64,000 nucleotides of DNA from Candidatus Paceibacter sp. (GTDB lineage: Bacteria; Patescibacteriota; Minisyncoccia; Phycocordibacterales; GCA-2747955), in NCBI GenBank assembly GCA_014237915.1, contig JABACC010000006.1:9510-73509 (forward strand). The letters run 5' to 3'. Numbering within the stretch: position 1 is the stretch's first letter; every line of letters starts with the position of its first letter. The translations under genes were made by a program, and so were the position numbers. Under the pieces are notes generated by a model that saw nothing but the letters and a program-made list of their open reading frames with translations, searched no databases and was not told the DNA's origin. This document shows, one piece after another, positions 1 to 9,367 of the stretch.

Positions 1-158
1 TTTACTTTTTATAAAAAAATAATACAACGTAAAAGAATTAATATGAAAAAGGGTCTTGTAAGTGTTGGTGCTTGCAATACCCCAATTTTTCTTTTTTTAG
101 CTTTTCTTTCAATCGGGACATAGAAATGATTATGAAGATTTATGATATTATTTAGCAT

Positions 159-962
159 ATGCAAGAAATAAGTTTCCTAACAAAGAGAGAGATTAGGTGT
201 TGGAATAAAGACGGGTATCTTCTACTAAAGGGCTTATTAGGTAAGGAAAAAATCGTTCAATTAAAAGATGCTGTCAGGACTCTCCAAAAGGTTGAACAAG
301 AGAACTCAAAATACAAGAAGTTCGATATAGGTTTAGATAAAAAATTTATTATCCAAGAAGACAAAGTATTTTTAGATATGATGGATTGTGACGAGACCTT
401 TCAGTATGTGTTGGGTTTGATGGGTCCATGTGTACAATTATGCATGTCACATGCCATTATAAGACCTTCAGACAATGATTTCCCTGGTTTCATACACACA
501 GATGGTGGACAAAGCATGAACTCTATAAGGCTGTCCAAAAAAAGTAGGCCACTTCAAATTAAAATTCAATATTTTTTAACTGATGTTCAAGAAGAAAATG
601 GTGGTAATTTTGTGTATGTCCCTAGGAGTCATACCAAAGATTTTCAGTTATATAAACCAGCAAAAAAAGAAATAGAGAAAAAGATGAAGCAAATCAAGGT
701 GAAGGCTGGAGACGTATTAATATTCCCAAGCACCTTATGGCATGGGTCCGCAACTAACAGATCGACTAAAGATCGAATAAGTGTTATTTATGGTTACAAT
801 CACTCTTTTATGCGTGCTTATGATTATTCTAATGTGTCTGAAAATTTATTAGAGCGGTGTACACTTCGACAGAGAAGGCTATTGGGGGATATGGGGTCAG
901 ACATGCCTCAGAGACATTACTACTTACCTAAAGATCAGGTAAATATCATAGAAGGAATTTAA
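159..962 (+). CDS. Phytanoyl-CoA dioxygenase (PhyH)-family Fe(II)/2-oxoglutarate oxygenase
   Basis: 267 aa. Motifs 'IHTDGG' and 'WHGSATNRS' match the PhyH fold's His-x-Asp...His and Arg pattern. No database search was run. Confidence 0.45.
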   Translation: MQEISFLTKREIRCWNKDGYLLLKGLLGKEKIVQLKDAVRTLQKVEQENSKYKKFDIGLDKKFIIQEDKVFLDMMDCDETFQYVLGLMGPCVQLCMSHAIIRPSDNDFPGFIHTDGGQSMNSIRLSKKSRPLQIKIQYFLTDVQEENGGNFVYVPRSHTKDFQLYKPAKKEIEKKMKQIKVKAGDVLIFPSTLWHGSATNRSTKDRISVIYGYNHSFMRAYDYSNVSENLLERCTLRQRRLLGDMGSDMPQRHYYLPKDQVNIIEGI

Positions 963-975
963 TTTATATTATTAC

Positions 976-2217
976 ATGTTTAACAAATCTAAAAAGAGAA
1001 AATTTTTAAGTTTTAAGAATCATTTTTTAGTGGTCGGGGAGTGGTCGGGTATAGGTTCATTGATAGATGAAATGGAAGTGCTTTTTAAGCAGAGATTAAA
1101 TATAAAAAAGAGTATTCTTTCTCTGAACAAAAAAAACGACGGAGGTATAAAAAATAAAGTTTTCCCTTTATTTCCACGCCCGCGTAAAGAAGTGATGAAA
1201 GAAGTCATTGATGCATTTGAGGGTATTATTCAATGGAGCAGTCCATTTGTTATGCATAATATAACTCCTCCGGTGCTTAAGGACACTATCGTGGTGAGAT
1301 CTCTTGTTAGTGCGTATAATCCTAATTGTTTGTGGAATTTTGTGAGTGGAAATATATTAGAATACGAAAGACAGATTGGGCGGCAAATTGCAAAGCTTTT
1401 TAAATGGAATGAAGAAAAAGCAGGGATCGTTTTTACATTCGGAGGCAAGGCAACCATTCTCTATGCCATCAAAGCAGGGATTAATAGATGTAATAGAGAG
1501 TCAGTCACCAAAGGGCTTTCTGGAAATACATTTGTTATAACCTCATCGAACACACATTACTCAATTGAATATGCTTGTGTATTACTCGGTATTGGAAAAA
1601 ATAATTGCATACGAATTCCTAATAATGATGAAGGGATAATCGATCTTGAGGAGCTAAAAAAAAAAGATAATACTTCTTCATAAAGAAAAAAAAAAATCGC
1701 AGCGATCATTCTTTCTGGAGGTAACTCATTAAACTTGAAGACTGATTCTTTGGAATCAGTGTCGATACTTATAGATGAGATAATGAATGAGGTGTCGCTT
1801 GAATACCGACCTTATATTCACTTTGATGCGGTGATAGGTTGGGCTTGGATTACTTTTACTGAGTATGATTTTACGAAAAATGCTCAAGAGAGAATAAGAG
1901 GTGCGACTGCGTTAGCAGAGTTCGTGTTGCATAAAATTGAGCAAGTCACAGGTGATTCTGCATTAAATCTGTACCATCGTTCTTGCCTGTCTATTCTGGA
2001 GAGGCAAATTAACAAGACGCCTTTCGCAAAACAATACCTGAAAAGCCTGGCTCAAGTAAATTTAGAAGGAAGAGAAAAGGATGAGATTATAAATATAATA
2101 AATTATTGTTTGGTCCCAAGTGGTTCAAAAAAAGAAGAATTGAGTCAAATATTGAGTGAACACAAAATCCCAAAAGAATTAAGGAAAAAGATTATTAATC
2201 ATTTTAAGATTAAATAA
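976..2217 (+). pseudogene. Group II PLP-dependent amino-acid decarboxylase (MfnA/GadB-like), interrupted by a single in-frame TAA at 1681-1683
   Basis: ORFs 976..1683 and 1735..2217 are in the same frame, separated only by TAA. The N-half carries the SxxNL-like segment 'TFGGKATILYAIKAG'. The C-half has 'IHFDAVIGW', resembling the HVDAA(F/Y)GG motif, and the PLP-Lys context 'VLHK'. The stop falls in the loop 'DLEELKKKDNTSS*RKKKIAAIIL'. The flanks are poly-A tracts. Confidence 0.55.
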
Positions 2218-2219
2218 TT

Positions 2220-2633
2220 ATGAATAAAGTTAATAGGGCTGGGTGGGAACAAACAGACCAAGAGAATAAAAAGTCTATAAATAAATTGAGTGATTACAAA
2301 CCTCTTTTGTTTGTAGAAAAGCATGAAGAGTACGTGACTTGGGATGTGATGTTAGAACGAGCAGAAAAACACGGCGTTACACTCGGAATAAATGAGGCAA
2401 CGAAGATCTTGGAAATACAAGAAGAAATACCTGATTCGTGGCAAGGATTTAATATTATTTTTCCCGGGACCAGGTTTAAGACAAATACCAACCAGTTACA
2501 ATGCCCTTTTATTTATTACAATAAAGGTGAATGGATTCTTGATTATCATTGGTATTTATATGACTTTCATCATTCAGATATTTTTGTTATAGTAAATATT
2601 CATTACAAAAATGGTAAAATAGATCATCACTAA
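2220..2633 (+). CDS. hypothetical protein, translationally coupled to the upstream ORF
   Basis: 137 aa, starting 3 nt after the previous stop. No recognisable motif. Confidence 0.35.
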   Translation: MNKVNRAGWEQTDQENKKSINKLSDYKPLLFVEKHEEYVTWDVMLERAEKHGVTLGINEATKILEIQEEIPDSWQGFNIIFPGTRFKTNTNQLQCPFIYYNKGEWILDYHWYLYDFHHSDIFVIVNIHYKNGKIDHH

Positions 2634-2642
2634 ACTAACAAA

Positions 2643-3905
2643 ATGAATAAAATAATAAATTTAGGAAAAGAAATCACTGAGCGTGGATTTGTTGCACAGA
2701 TCTCAACAGAATCAATAGATGGGATATTGGGGGATTCAAAAAAAAGAACAGCCTATATTGGAGTTGACCCAACAGCTGACTCCATTCATGTTGGTAATCT
2801 AGTCACGTATATTTTAGCTGAACATTTAATGAGGGCTGGTCACAAAACCATCTTGCTTGTTGGAGGAGCTACAGGATTAATAGGTGATCCTTCAGGTAAA
2901 GATACTGAACGTGTCTTTTCTGGTGCTGAAAAGGTTGCCCAAAGAACTGAATGCATTACAAGTCAATTAGCTGCAATCGCCGGTCTATCAAAGATGAAAA
3001 TTGTTAATAATTACGACTGGTTTAGTAAGATTGGTTCTATCGAGTTCCTTCGCGAGATTGGTAAATATTTCACAGTAAACACAATGATGAAAAGAGATTC
3101 GATCGCAAGAAGACTTGAAGGGGAGAACGGTATTTCATACACAGAATTTTCATATTCACTCATGCAAGGTTATGACTTCTATTATTTATTCAAAGAAAAA
3201 AAGTGTGATTTGCAGATTGGAGGATCAGATCAATGGGGAAATATTGTCTCTGGTATTGATTTTATTCGAAAAAAGACAGGAGAAAAAGTGTATGGGCTAA
3301 CAATCCCGCTAGTAATTGATAAAACAACCGGTAAAAAATTCGGTAAAAGTGAGGGGAATGCTATCTGGCTTGACCCAGCAAAAACGAGCTTTTATCAATT
3401 TTATCAATTTTGGATAAACGTAGACGATAGCAACGTTATTAATTATCTAAAATTATATACATTTATTTCACTGGCTGATATAGTAAATATAGAGACTGAG
3501 CATCAAGACGAGCCACACTTGCGGAAGGCACAAAAAGTACTTGCATATGAAGTCACAGAGTTTGTTCATGGAGAAGTAATAGCTAAAAAACTCGTAAGGG
3601 CAACAGAGTTGCTCTTTAAGAATGATCAACTTAATAAACTTTCAAATTCAGACGTCGATTTAATGGAAAAGTATGCTCCCATATCTAATGTTGGTAGCCA
3701 AGAAACATTATTAGATGTTATTGTCCAAAATGGACTTGCGACTAGTAAAAATGAAGGAAGAAAATTTATTATAAACGGTGCAATTAGAATTGATGGGAGA
3801 GTAGTGGATGAGAATGTTCATATTGCAAAAATCCAAACCAGTAAGCGCCTTCTTCTTCTTTCTCGCGGAAAGAAGAAGAAGATTATTATTAGGATCAAAA
3901 AATAA
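2643..3905 (+). CDS. tyrS: Tyrosyl-tRNA synthetase
   Basis: HIGH-type motif 'HVGNLV', KMSKS-type 'KFGKSEG', C-terminal S4-like domain. 420 aa. Confidence 0.9.
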   Translation: MNKIINLGKEITERGFVAQISTESIDGILGDSKKRTAYIGVDPTADSIHVGNLVTYILAEHLMRAGHKTILLVGGATGLIGDPSGKDTERVFSGAEKVAQRTECITSQLAAIAGLSKMKIVNNYDWFSKIGSIEFLREIGKYFTVNTMMKRDSIARRLEGENGISYTEFSYSLMQGYDFYYLFKEKKCDLQIGGSDQWGNIVSGIDFIRKKTGEKVYGLTIPLVIDKTTGKKFGKSEGNAIWLDPAKTSFYQFYQFWINVDDSNVINYLKLYTFISLADIVNIETEHQDEPHLRKAQKVLAYEVTEFVHGEVIAKKLVRATELLFKNDQLNKLSNSDVDLMEKYAPISNVGSQETLLDVIVQNGLATSKNEGRKFIINGAIRIDGRVVDENVHIAKIQTSKRLLLLSRGKKKKIIIRIKK

Positions 3906-4025
3906 GCAAAACATCGTGGGATTATTTAAGGTGATTGGCCTGACTTAAAGTTTTAATGAATTTGTGAATGTTATGAACAAAAACAAAAATATAAAAAGGG
4001 AAACAGAAAATATTGATATGACTAA

Positions 4026-4385
4026 TTTAATAGAACTTTTTGAGTTTATAGAAAAAACAGAAATTTCAAAAGAACAAAATATAGTATAGTCCTACAACTA
4101 AATGGAGCTATACAAAAATGTATATCAACAGTCGGCAGAAAAGAATACGATATCCTAAATATATGGGAAAGCCCCGGGTCTTATCCTAGAGATGAAAGAT
4201 TTGAGCATTTTAAAAGAACAGACGATTGCAAAAAGGAAAAATGTCAGTACTTACCTATATGCGGAGGAGGTTGTCCATGGGATTCTATGATAGCTAAAGG
4301 GTCTCTTGGTTTTGAAGTAAGATTTTGTCAAAAAGAACTTTTGGATGAAATAAACAGAGGGTTAATGAGAATTAACTATTCATAA
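4026..4385 (+). pseudogene. C-terminal remnant of a radical-SAM SPASM-domain protein, with no start codon and the N-terminal radical-SAM core absent
   Basis: Hand translation gives '...DDCKKEKCQYLPICGGGCPWDSMIAKGSLGF...'. A CxxC...CGGGC ending is typical of the SPASM/twitch C-terminus. The open frame begins right after a stop 120 nt past tyrS, and there is no ATG/GTG/TTG upstream. Confidence 0.4.
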
Positions 4386-4491
4386 TAAATCTAAAATAAC
4401 AGTCGTGCTACAATAAAGGCACGGATGTTTTTAACAATATGAATTTAAAACAAAAACTAAATAACTACACAGATAAATATAAAATAAAAAA

Positions 4492-5181
4492 ATGGGAATT
4501 TTTCCAAACTCCCAACTATATTTTTATTATAATAAGAATTCAGTTGCAGAAAAAGATATTTTAAAAATATCAGAAACTCAAGAAAAAGCTTATTTTAAAA
4601 TTACAGAAAAACTTGGATTAGAAAAACATAAAGAAAAGATAAATTATTTTTTGTATAACACAGAAGAAGAAAAAACTGAATTTATGGGCGACGATGGTTT
4701 TGCCCAAGCAATATGGCATGATTTTTCAATACATATTATTTATACAGAAAATATAAAACCCATAGGAGAACATGAGGACACTCATCTTTTAACTTTAAGT
4801 TGGGGTGTGGCTACTGGCTTTTTTCAAGAAGGTTTGGCTGAGTATATGAGTGGGTGTATTTGGAAAAATGAAAATGGAGAAAAAAAATCAGCAGAAGATT
4901 TTATAAAAAAAGCATATAAAGAAAAATTAAATAACTCCATAGAAAACTTTTTTTCTCATTTTTTTTGGAATGAAACAATTGAAGGTAAGTGGGGATACTA
5001 CTATCCTTTAGCTGGAGTTTTTACAAAATTTTTAATAGAAAAGTTTGGATTAGAAAAATACAGAGAATTTTACAAAAGCATAAATAGAAAAAATTCTTCA
5101 AAAGAAATTATTGAAAAATTCGAAACTTTTTTTGGAAATTTTAATGATAATAAAAATATTTTTGAAAATAATTTTAAATAA
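4492..5181 (+). CDS. hypothetical protein with an HExxH motif (putative zinc metallopeptidase-like)
   Basis: 229 aa. 'GEHEDTHLL' contains HEDTH, matching HExxH. No further support. Confidence 0.3.
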   Translation: MGIFPNSQLYFYYNKNSVAEKDILKISETQEKAYFKITEKLGLEKHKEKINYFLYNTEEEKTEFMGDDGFAQAIWHDFSIHIIYTENIKPIGEHEDTHLLTLSWGVATGFFQEGLAEYMSGCIWKNENGEKKSAEDFIKKAYKEKLNNSIENFFSHFFWNETIEGKWGYYYPLAGVFTKFLIEKFGLEKYREFYKSINRKNSSKEIIEKFETFFGNFNDNKNIFENNFK

Positions 5182-5207
5182 TAATTTTTTATTTTTAGAA
5201 TAAATAC

Positions 5208-5257
5208 ATCTTTCTTTTCTCTAAAATCGTTCCAAGTTCTCTTATAAAATTGCGCAT
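5208..5257. repeat. 50-bp direct repeat copy 1 (atctttcttttctctaaaatcgttccaagttctcttataaaattgcgca)
   Basis: About 90% identical to 6928..6977. Both lie immediately after a stop codon, and together they bound a 1.7-kb segment. Confidence 0.8.
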
Positions 5258-5280
5258 AATATAAAAATATAACTATATAG

Positions 5281-5496
5281 ATGGCGAAAATGGAGAATGG
5301 ACCTATAAATTTTAATGAACTTATGAACGTTCCAAATAAAAAAAGAAAAATAAAAAATAATTTAAAGAGTATTGATATGAGTAATTTAGTAGAAATTATT
5401 AAGTTTCTGGAAAATAAAAAACCAGAAGAAAAAAATAATAAGAACCTAAAGAAAAACCAAGTATTAACCTCAAAAGGAGATATTGTTAATTTATAA
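5281..5496 (+). CDS. hypothetical small basic protein
   Basis: 71 aa, Lys/Asn-rich, inside the repeat-bounded islet. Confidence 0.25.
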   Translation: MAKMENGPINFNELMNVPNKKRKIKNNLKSIDMSNLVEIIKFLENKKPEEKNNKNLKKNQVLTSKGDIVNL

Positions 5497-5506
5497 TTAA
5501 AAATAT

Positions 5507-5737
5507 TTAATATTTATTAAATTTATCTCTATACTCTAGTTCAATTTCGCTTTCAGAGATTCCTCTATTCAACAATATCTCCTTAACCTTCTTTTCTACA
5601 ATTTCTCTTTCATGAGATTCAATGAGAACCTCAGTTTCACTAAAAGTATTACCTTCTGGTGGTTTATCGTAAGTTGCAGAGAATATTATTTTATCATCAT
5701 AATCATACCCCTCTGATATTATAATTTTATGTTTCAT
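5507..5737 (-). CDS. hypothetical small acidic protein
   Basis: 76 aa. No motif recognised. Confidence 0.25.
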   Translation of the reverse strand: MKHKIIISEGYDYDDKIIFSATYDKPPEGNTFSETEVLIESHEREIVEKKVKEILLNRGISESEIELEYRDKFNKY

Positions 5738-5883
5738 AGATGTATTATAAAGGAATTATTTTTAAAAAACCATTTTAAGTTTTAGCTCATTTAATAAATT
5801 ATTTATTAAATTTAAATATGATAAAAAAAAATAGTAAAAAATAGCTTGAAATGTGTTCTTGTATTTAATATAATGTAACTAAT

Positions 5884-6444
5884 ATGAGTAAGAAAGATAA
5901 ATTAAAAAAGCTTATCTGGAAAACTATTAGTTCTTGTGGGGACAACGACGTGTATGAAACCAAATTATGGAAGTTATTGTTCTTTATTGAAGCAGATTTC
6001 TATGAAAAATATAATGAAACCATCACGGGAGTTAAATATTTAAAGAATATTCATGGTCCAACACCAGATTATAAAGTAGGGAAAAAGGCGCTTGATGAAT
6101 TAGTTGAGAGTGCATTTATTGTTGAAATTAAAGACCAATATGGGATAAAGTACCGTGTTAATAATGATTATGATATAGAACATCTATCCAGTCAACAGAT
6201 TGATTCTATCAATAACACTTGCGATAATTTTTCTGGGTTGTCTGTAAAACGATTATCTATACTATCCCATAATGACCCTGTGTACTTAATGGCTGAGAAG
6301 ATACACTCCCTACTTGATTTCGGTAACGTAAAATACAGATCAGAAGACGAGATGATTTCAAAAGATTTATCAGAAATTGACACTAGTCCAATTAAATTAG
6401 AAACTAGTGAAATTACAAAATTAAAAAAAATACTGGCTATATAA
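5884..6444 (+). CDS. Panacea-domain (DUF4065, SocA/PanA-like) putative antitoxin
   Basis: 'TKLWKLLFFIEADFYEKYNETITGVKYLKNIHGPTPDY' matches the Panacea pattern KLQKLLYFA...G.pL....f.AwkyGPVvp. An 18-nt gap to the downstream ORF suggests an operon. Confidence 0.5.
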   Translation: MSKKDKLKKLIWKTISSCGDNDVYETKLWKLLFFIEADFYEKYNETITGVKYLKNIHGPTPDYKVGKKALDELVESAFIVEIKDQYGIKYRVNNDYDIEHLSSQQIDSINNTCDNFSGLSVKRLSILSHNDPVYLMAEKIHSLLDFGNVKYRSEDEMISKDLSEIDTSPIKLETSEITKLKKILAI

Positions 6445-6461
6445 ATATAAGATAAGATTTT

Positions 6462-6911
6462 ATGGATAACATTATTTTTAATAACTTTGGTTTTTCTGTT
6501 ATAAAAACAGATAAGAAAAGATTGAGGATGCTCAAATCATTCGAAGATGATATAAATGCACACTTTAAAATTATTAGAGGTAAAATTTTCGAAATAAAAA
6601 GACCTGATAATTACGGCGGTTCTATTGGGGATTTTTTAACTAAAGTATCCCTAGAATCTAGTAATATTTTCTTTTACAAGAACAGGTTTAAAATCACTAA
6701 GCCCCCGAGTAAAGGAACTAGTGATGGTTATCGTATAGTTTTTGGCCTTATAAGGAAAGAAGATGGTTCATTTTTATATATACCCGTTTTGGTCTTTATA
6801 GCAAAAGAAGAAGAAAAAACCTTAAATGTTAATGGTAAAAAATTAAAACTAAGAAGTGCAAATTTAAAAACCATTATAAAAGAAAGGGTTTCTGATTTAC
6901 TTTCTATTTAA
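6462..6911 (+). CDS. putative toxin partner (RelE/ParE-like 'GYRIVF' core), co-operonic with the Panacea gene
   Basis: 149 aa. '...SDGYRIVFGLIRKEDGSFLYIPVLVF' resembles the GDYRIIY...LL.IgHRKdvY core of RelE/ParE-type toxins. A strong hairpin plus T-run terminator sits at 6988..7016. Confidence 0.3.
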   Translation: MDNIIFNNFGFSVIKTDKKRLRMLKSFEDDINAHFKIIRGKIFEIKRPDNYGGSIGDFLTKVSLESSNIFFYKNRFKITKPPSKGTSDGYRIVFGLIRKEDGSFLYIPVLVFIAKEEEKTLNVNGKKLKLRSANLKTIIKERVSDLLSI

Positions 6912-6927
6912 AATTATAAATAAAAGT

Positions 6928-6977
6928 ATCTTTTTCCTCTCTAAAAATCGTTCCAAGTTCTCTTACAAAATTGCGCA
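6928..6977. repeat. 50-bp direct repeat copy 2
   Basis: See 5208..5257. Confidence 0.8.
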
Positions 6978-7261
6978 AAAACGAAAAACCAAAGCGAATG
7001 CTTTGGTTTTTCTGATTTTTACAGCAGATCTAAGGGATTCGAAAAGAGGTGATTTACGACGAGCAATTGCAAGAAGTTGAGCCGGCGGGGCAGCGATTTT
7101 TTAATAAGCGTAGCGAATTTAGAACTAGCGCCGAGTCCCTTTGGCCGCGCAAAAAATAAAATATAAAAAAAATCGACTTTATTGGCCGATTTTTATTTTT
7201 TCAAATAAAAAACCCTCTCTTTAATTTTTTAAAAAAGAGAGGGTTTGTTTTGAAGAAATTA

Positions 7262-7627
7262 CTATTCCCCCAATTCCTCATCAGATGAAGATTTAGGAAA
7301 AAGCTTTTCCTCAATTCTATTGAAGAAGAGTTTAAAATACTCTAGCTTTAGATGATCAGAACTTTGCGCGTTCTTCTTAAGAAATTCTTCCCTGGCTCCA
7401 CAGAAGAGATAAAGAAAACTTTTTTCTTTTACAGGTTTGATTTTGTGAAAATTAAACTCTGCGGGTGTATTTCCAGATACGAAACAAATTAAAGAAAAAA
7501 TAAATTCTATATTTCTCTCTTCGAGAGCCTTTAGAAGATACTTATCTGTACCTGAGATATCAAACTCAAATTCTTTTTGCATTAAAATGAATTCTTCAAA
7601 AAGACCACCTTCTATCGCTAAGAGCAA
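7262..7627 (-). CDS. hypothetical protein
   Basis: 121 aa. Its 3' end is followed by the palindromic terminator 7214..7248 (aaaccctctcttt...aaagagagggttt). Confidence 0.35.
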   Translation of the reverse strand: MLLAIEGGLFEEFILMQKEFEFDISGTDKYLLKALEERNIEFIFSLICFVSGNTPAEFNFHKIKPVKEKSFLYLFCGAREEFLKKNAQSSDHLKLEYFKLFFNRIEEKLFPKSSSDEELGE

Positions 7628-7890
7628 TAAGCTAGAAATTCTTTTCTTATCTTCTAGACTATTATTTTTTTGTTATTTTTAATATTCTATTAAAAATAAC
7701 CTTAACCTCTTTTCTGAGCGTAACAACATCATGCAAATTATTTAAAGTATATTTTTTACACAACAATATTCTATGTAGGTTTTCTATGTCATCTAAAATT
7801 CTAAGACAATGCTCTAGAGAATTCAGAAATTCGAGATTAATGTTTACGGTTAACTCTTGAACGGTAAGTTGTGATATTTTTTCGCTCCTT

Positions 7891-7996
7891 TTGCTGTTAT
7901 TGAATCCAATAATAATTATATATTTTTTAAAATTAAAGTAAAGTTTTTGTATGAATAAAAAATATGAGTTTAAAAATTAAACCCCCTCGAGAGGGA
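7891..7996. repeat. about 100-bp intergenic direct repeat copy 1; contains the palindrome ccccctcgagaggg
   Basis: Near-identical to 8628..8733 (ttgaatccaataataattatatattttttaaaattaaagtaaagtttttgtatgaataaaaaatatgagtttaaaaattaaaccccctcgagaggg). Confidence 0.85.
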
Positions 7997-8014
7997 GCTA
8001 GAATTAGTCTAACA

Positions 8015-8605
8015 CTACTCTATCTTATCAGAACTTTCTTCTAATTTTCTCAGTAGTTCATCCACTAAAGGAAAAATAGAAGTTTCTTCTGGAATTTTTA
8101 TTTTTTTGTAAAACTCATCTAGGTTTTTTCTCAAATTTTCTATAAAAGCAAGACTTTTATTTTCAAAAGAAAAATCACCTAAGCCATTATCAGTAGGAAA
8201 AATAAAAATACCTTCTTTATTTTTTTTATAAAATAAATATAAAAAAATATGAACCATTTCAAAATTTTCACAATTGGCGGAATATACCGAATATCTTAGT
8301 ATTTCTTTTCCGTGAAAATCATCTTCATTTCCTAAAACCATTGGAAGTACGGATGTACATCCAAAAGAAATAATAGATTCCATTATTTCTCCTGTTTCGT
8401 CAGACCTAGGGCTAAATATTTTGTTTTGTAAACACACTTTAAATATTAAACTAAATGATTTGATATGTATGTTTAGTAATTTTTCCAAAGCTGATATTTC
8501 ATATATTTTATAGGCATCTATTTTTTTTAGCCGCGCTTCCAGATTGCATATTTGTTCAATTGTAGCATCAATTTGTATCCGAGTTGTTAAGTCTAATGTA
8601 CCCAT
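8015..8605 (-). CDS. hypothetical protein, flanked on both sides by the 100-bp repeat
   Basis: 196 aa. No motif recognised. Confidence 0.4.
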   Translation of the reverse strand: MGTLDLTTRIQIDATIEQICNLEARLKKIDAYKIYEISALEKLLNIHIKSFSLIFKVCLQNKIFSPRSDETGEIMESIISFGCTSVLPMVLGNEDDFHGKEILRYSVYSANCENFEMVHIFLYLFYKKNKEGIFIFPTDNGLGDFSFENKSLAFIENLRKNLDEFYKKIKIPEETSIFPLVDELLRKLEESSDKIE

Positions 8606-8627
8606 TTTTTATTCTCCTAAATAGTTG

Positions 8628-8733
8628 GTTGAATCCAATAATAATTATATATTTTTTAAAATTAAAGTAAAGTTTTTGTATGAATAAAAAATATGAGTTT
8701 AAAAATTAAACCCCCTCGAGAGGGGGTTTTTAT
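8628..8733. repeat. about 100-bp intergenic direct repeat copy 2; perfect hairpin aaaccccctcgagagggggttttt
   Basis: See 7891..7996. This copy likely also acts as a bidirectional terminator. Confidence 0.85.
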
Positions 8734-8745
8734 TTTTTTAAATTC

Positions 8746-9249
8746 TTAAGAACCTAAGACAATTCCATCAATTATAGTTTTGTAAACACTTAAGTTATTT
8801 AATCTTTCTGGTAACTTTCCTGAATTTTCAAGATCATCTAGTCTTTTCCAGAAATTTTCAATAGATAAACTTTTGGCATTTTCCCAATATCCGTTTTCCA
8901 AAAAATAAACAAAAAGATTGAAGCGTTGTTCGTCACTACCACTTTCAGCTTTATTTTTAAACAAAAAATTAACAATCTCGTAATTACCAGATTTCACTGC
9001 TAGATCTAGCGGAGTTAAATTTTTTATATTTAAAGCGTTAATATCAGCACCATTTTCTGAAAAAAATTTATCCGAATACAGGTTTCGATAAATTACAGCA
9101 AAACCTAAAAGGGTATTTGTTTCTATTGTTTTGTCAAGATTTATGCTTTTTAATTTTTTTTCTGAAAAACTTATTCTACCCGAACCACTAGTTATTAAGT
9201 AAATCACATATTCATAAAAAGAATTTTCATCTTCTATTTTTTTTATCAT
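8746..9249 (-). CDS. ankyrin-repeat protein
   Basis: 'GADINALNIKNLTPLDLAVKSGNYEIVNFLFKN' matches the ankyrin repeat consensus G-x-D-x-N-A-x-D-x-x-G-x-T-P-L-H-x-A-x-x-x-G-x-x-E-I-V-x-x-L-L. Confidence 0.55.
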   Translation of the reverse strand: MIKKIEDENSFYEYVIYLITSGSGRISFSEKKLKSINLDKTIETNTLLGFAVIYRNLYSDKFFSENGADINALNIKNLTPLDLAVKSGNYEIVNFLFKNKAESGSDEQRFNLFVYFLENGYWENAKSLSIENFWKRLDDLENSGKLPERLNNLSVYKTIIDGIVLGS

Positions 9250-9367
9250 TTTCTATACTCCTTAGAAAAAATTTTAAATAAACTTTGTTTATTATATTTT
9301 GTTTTTCTAGTTAATTCAATTTTTTGTGAGTAAGAATATTTTTGAAAAATGTTAAGATAAGTTTATT

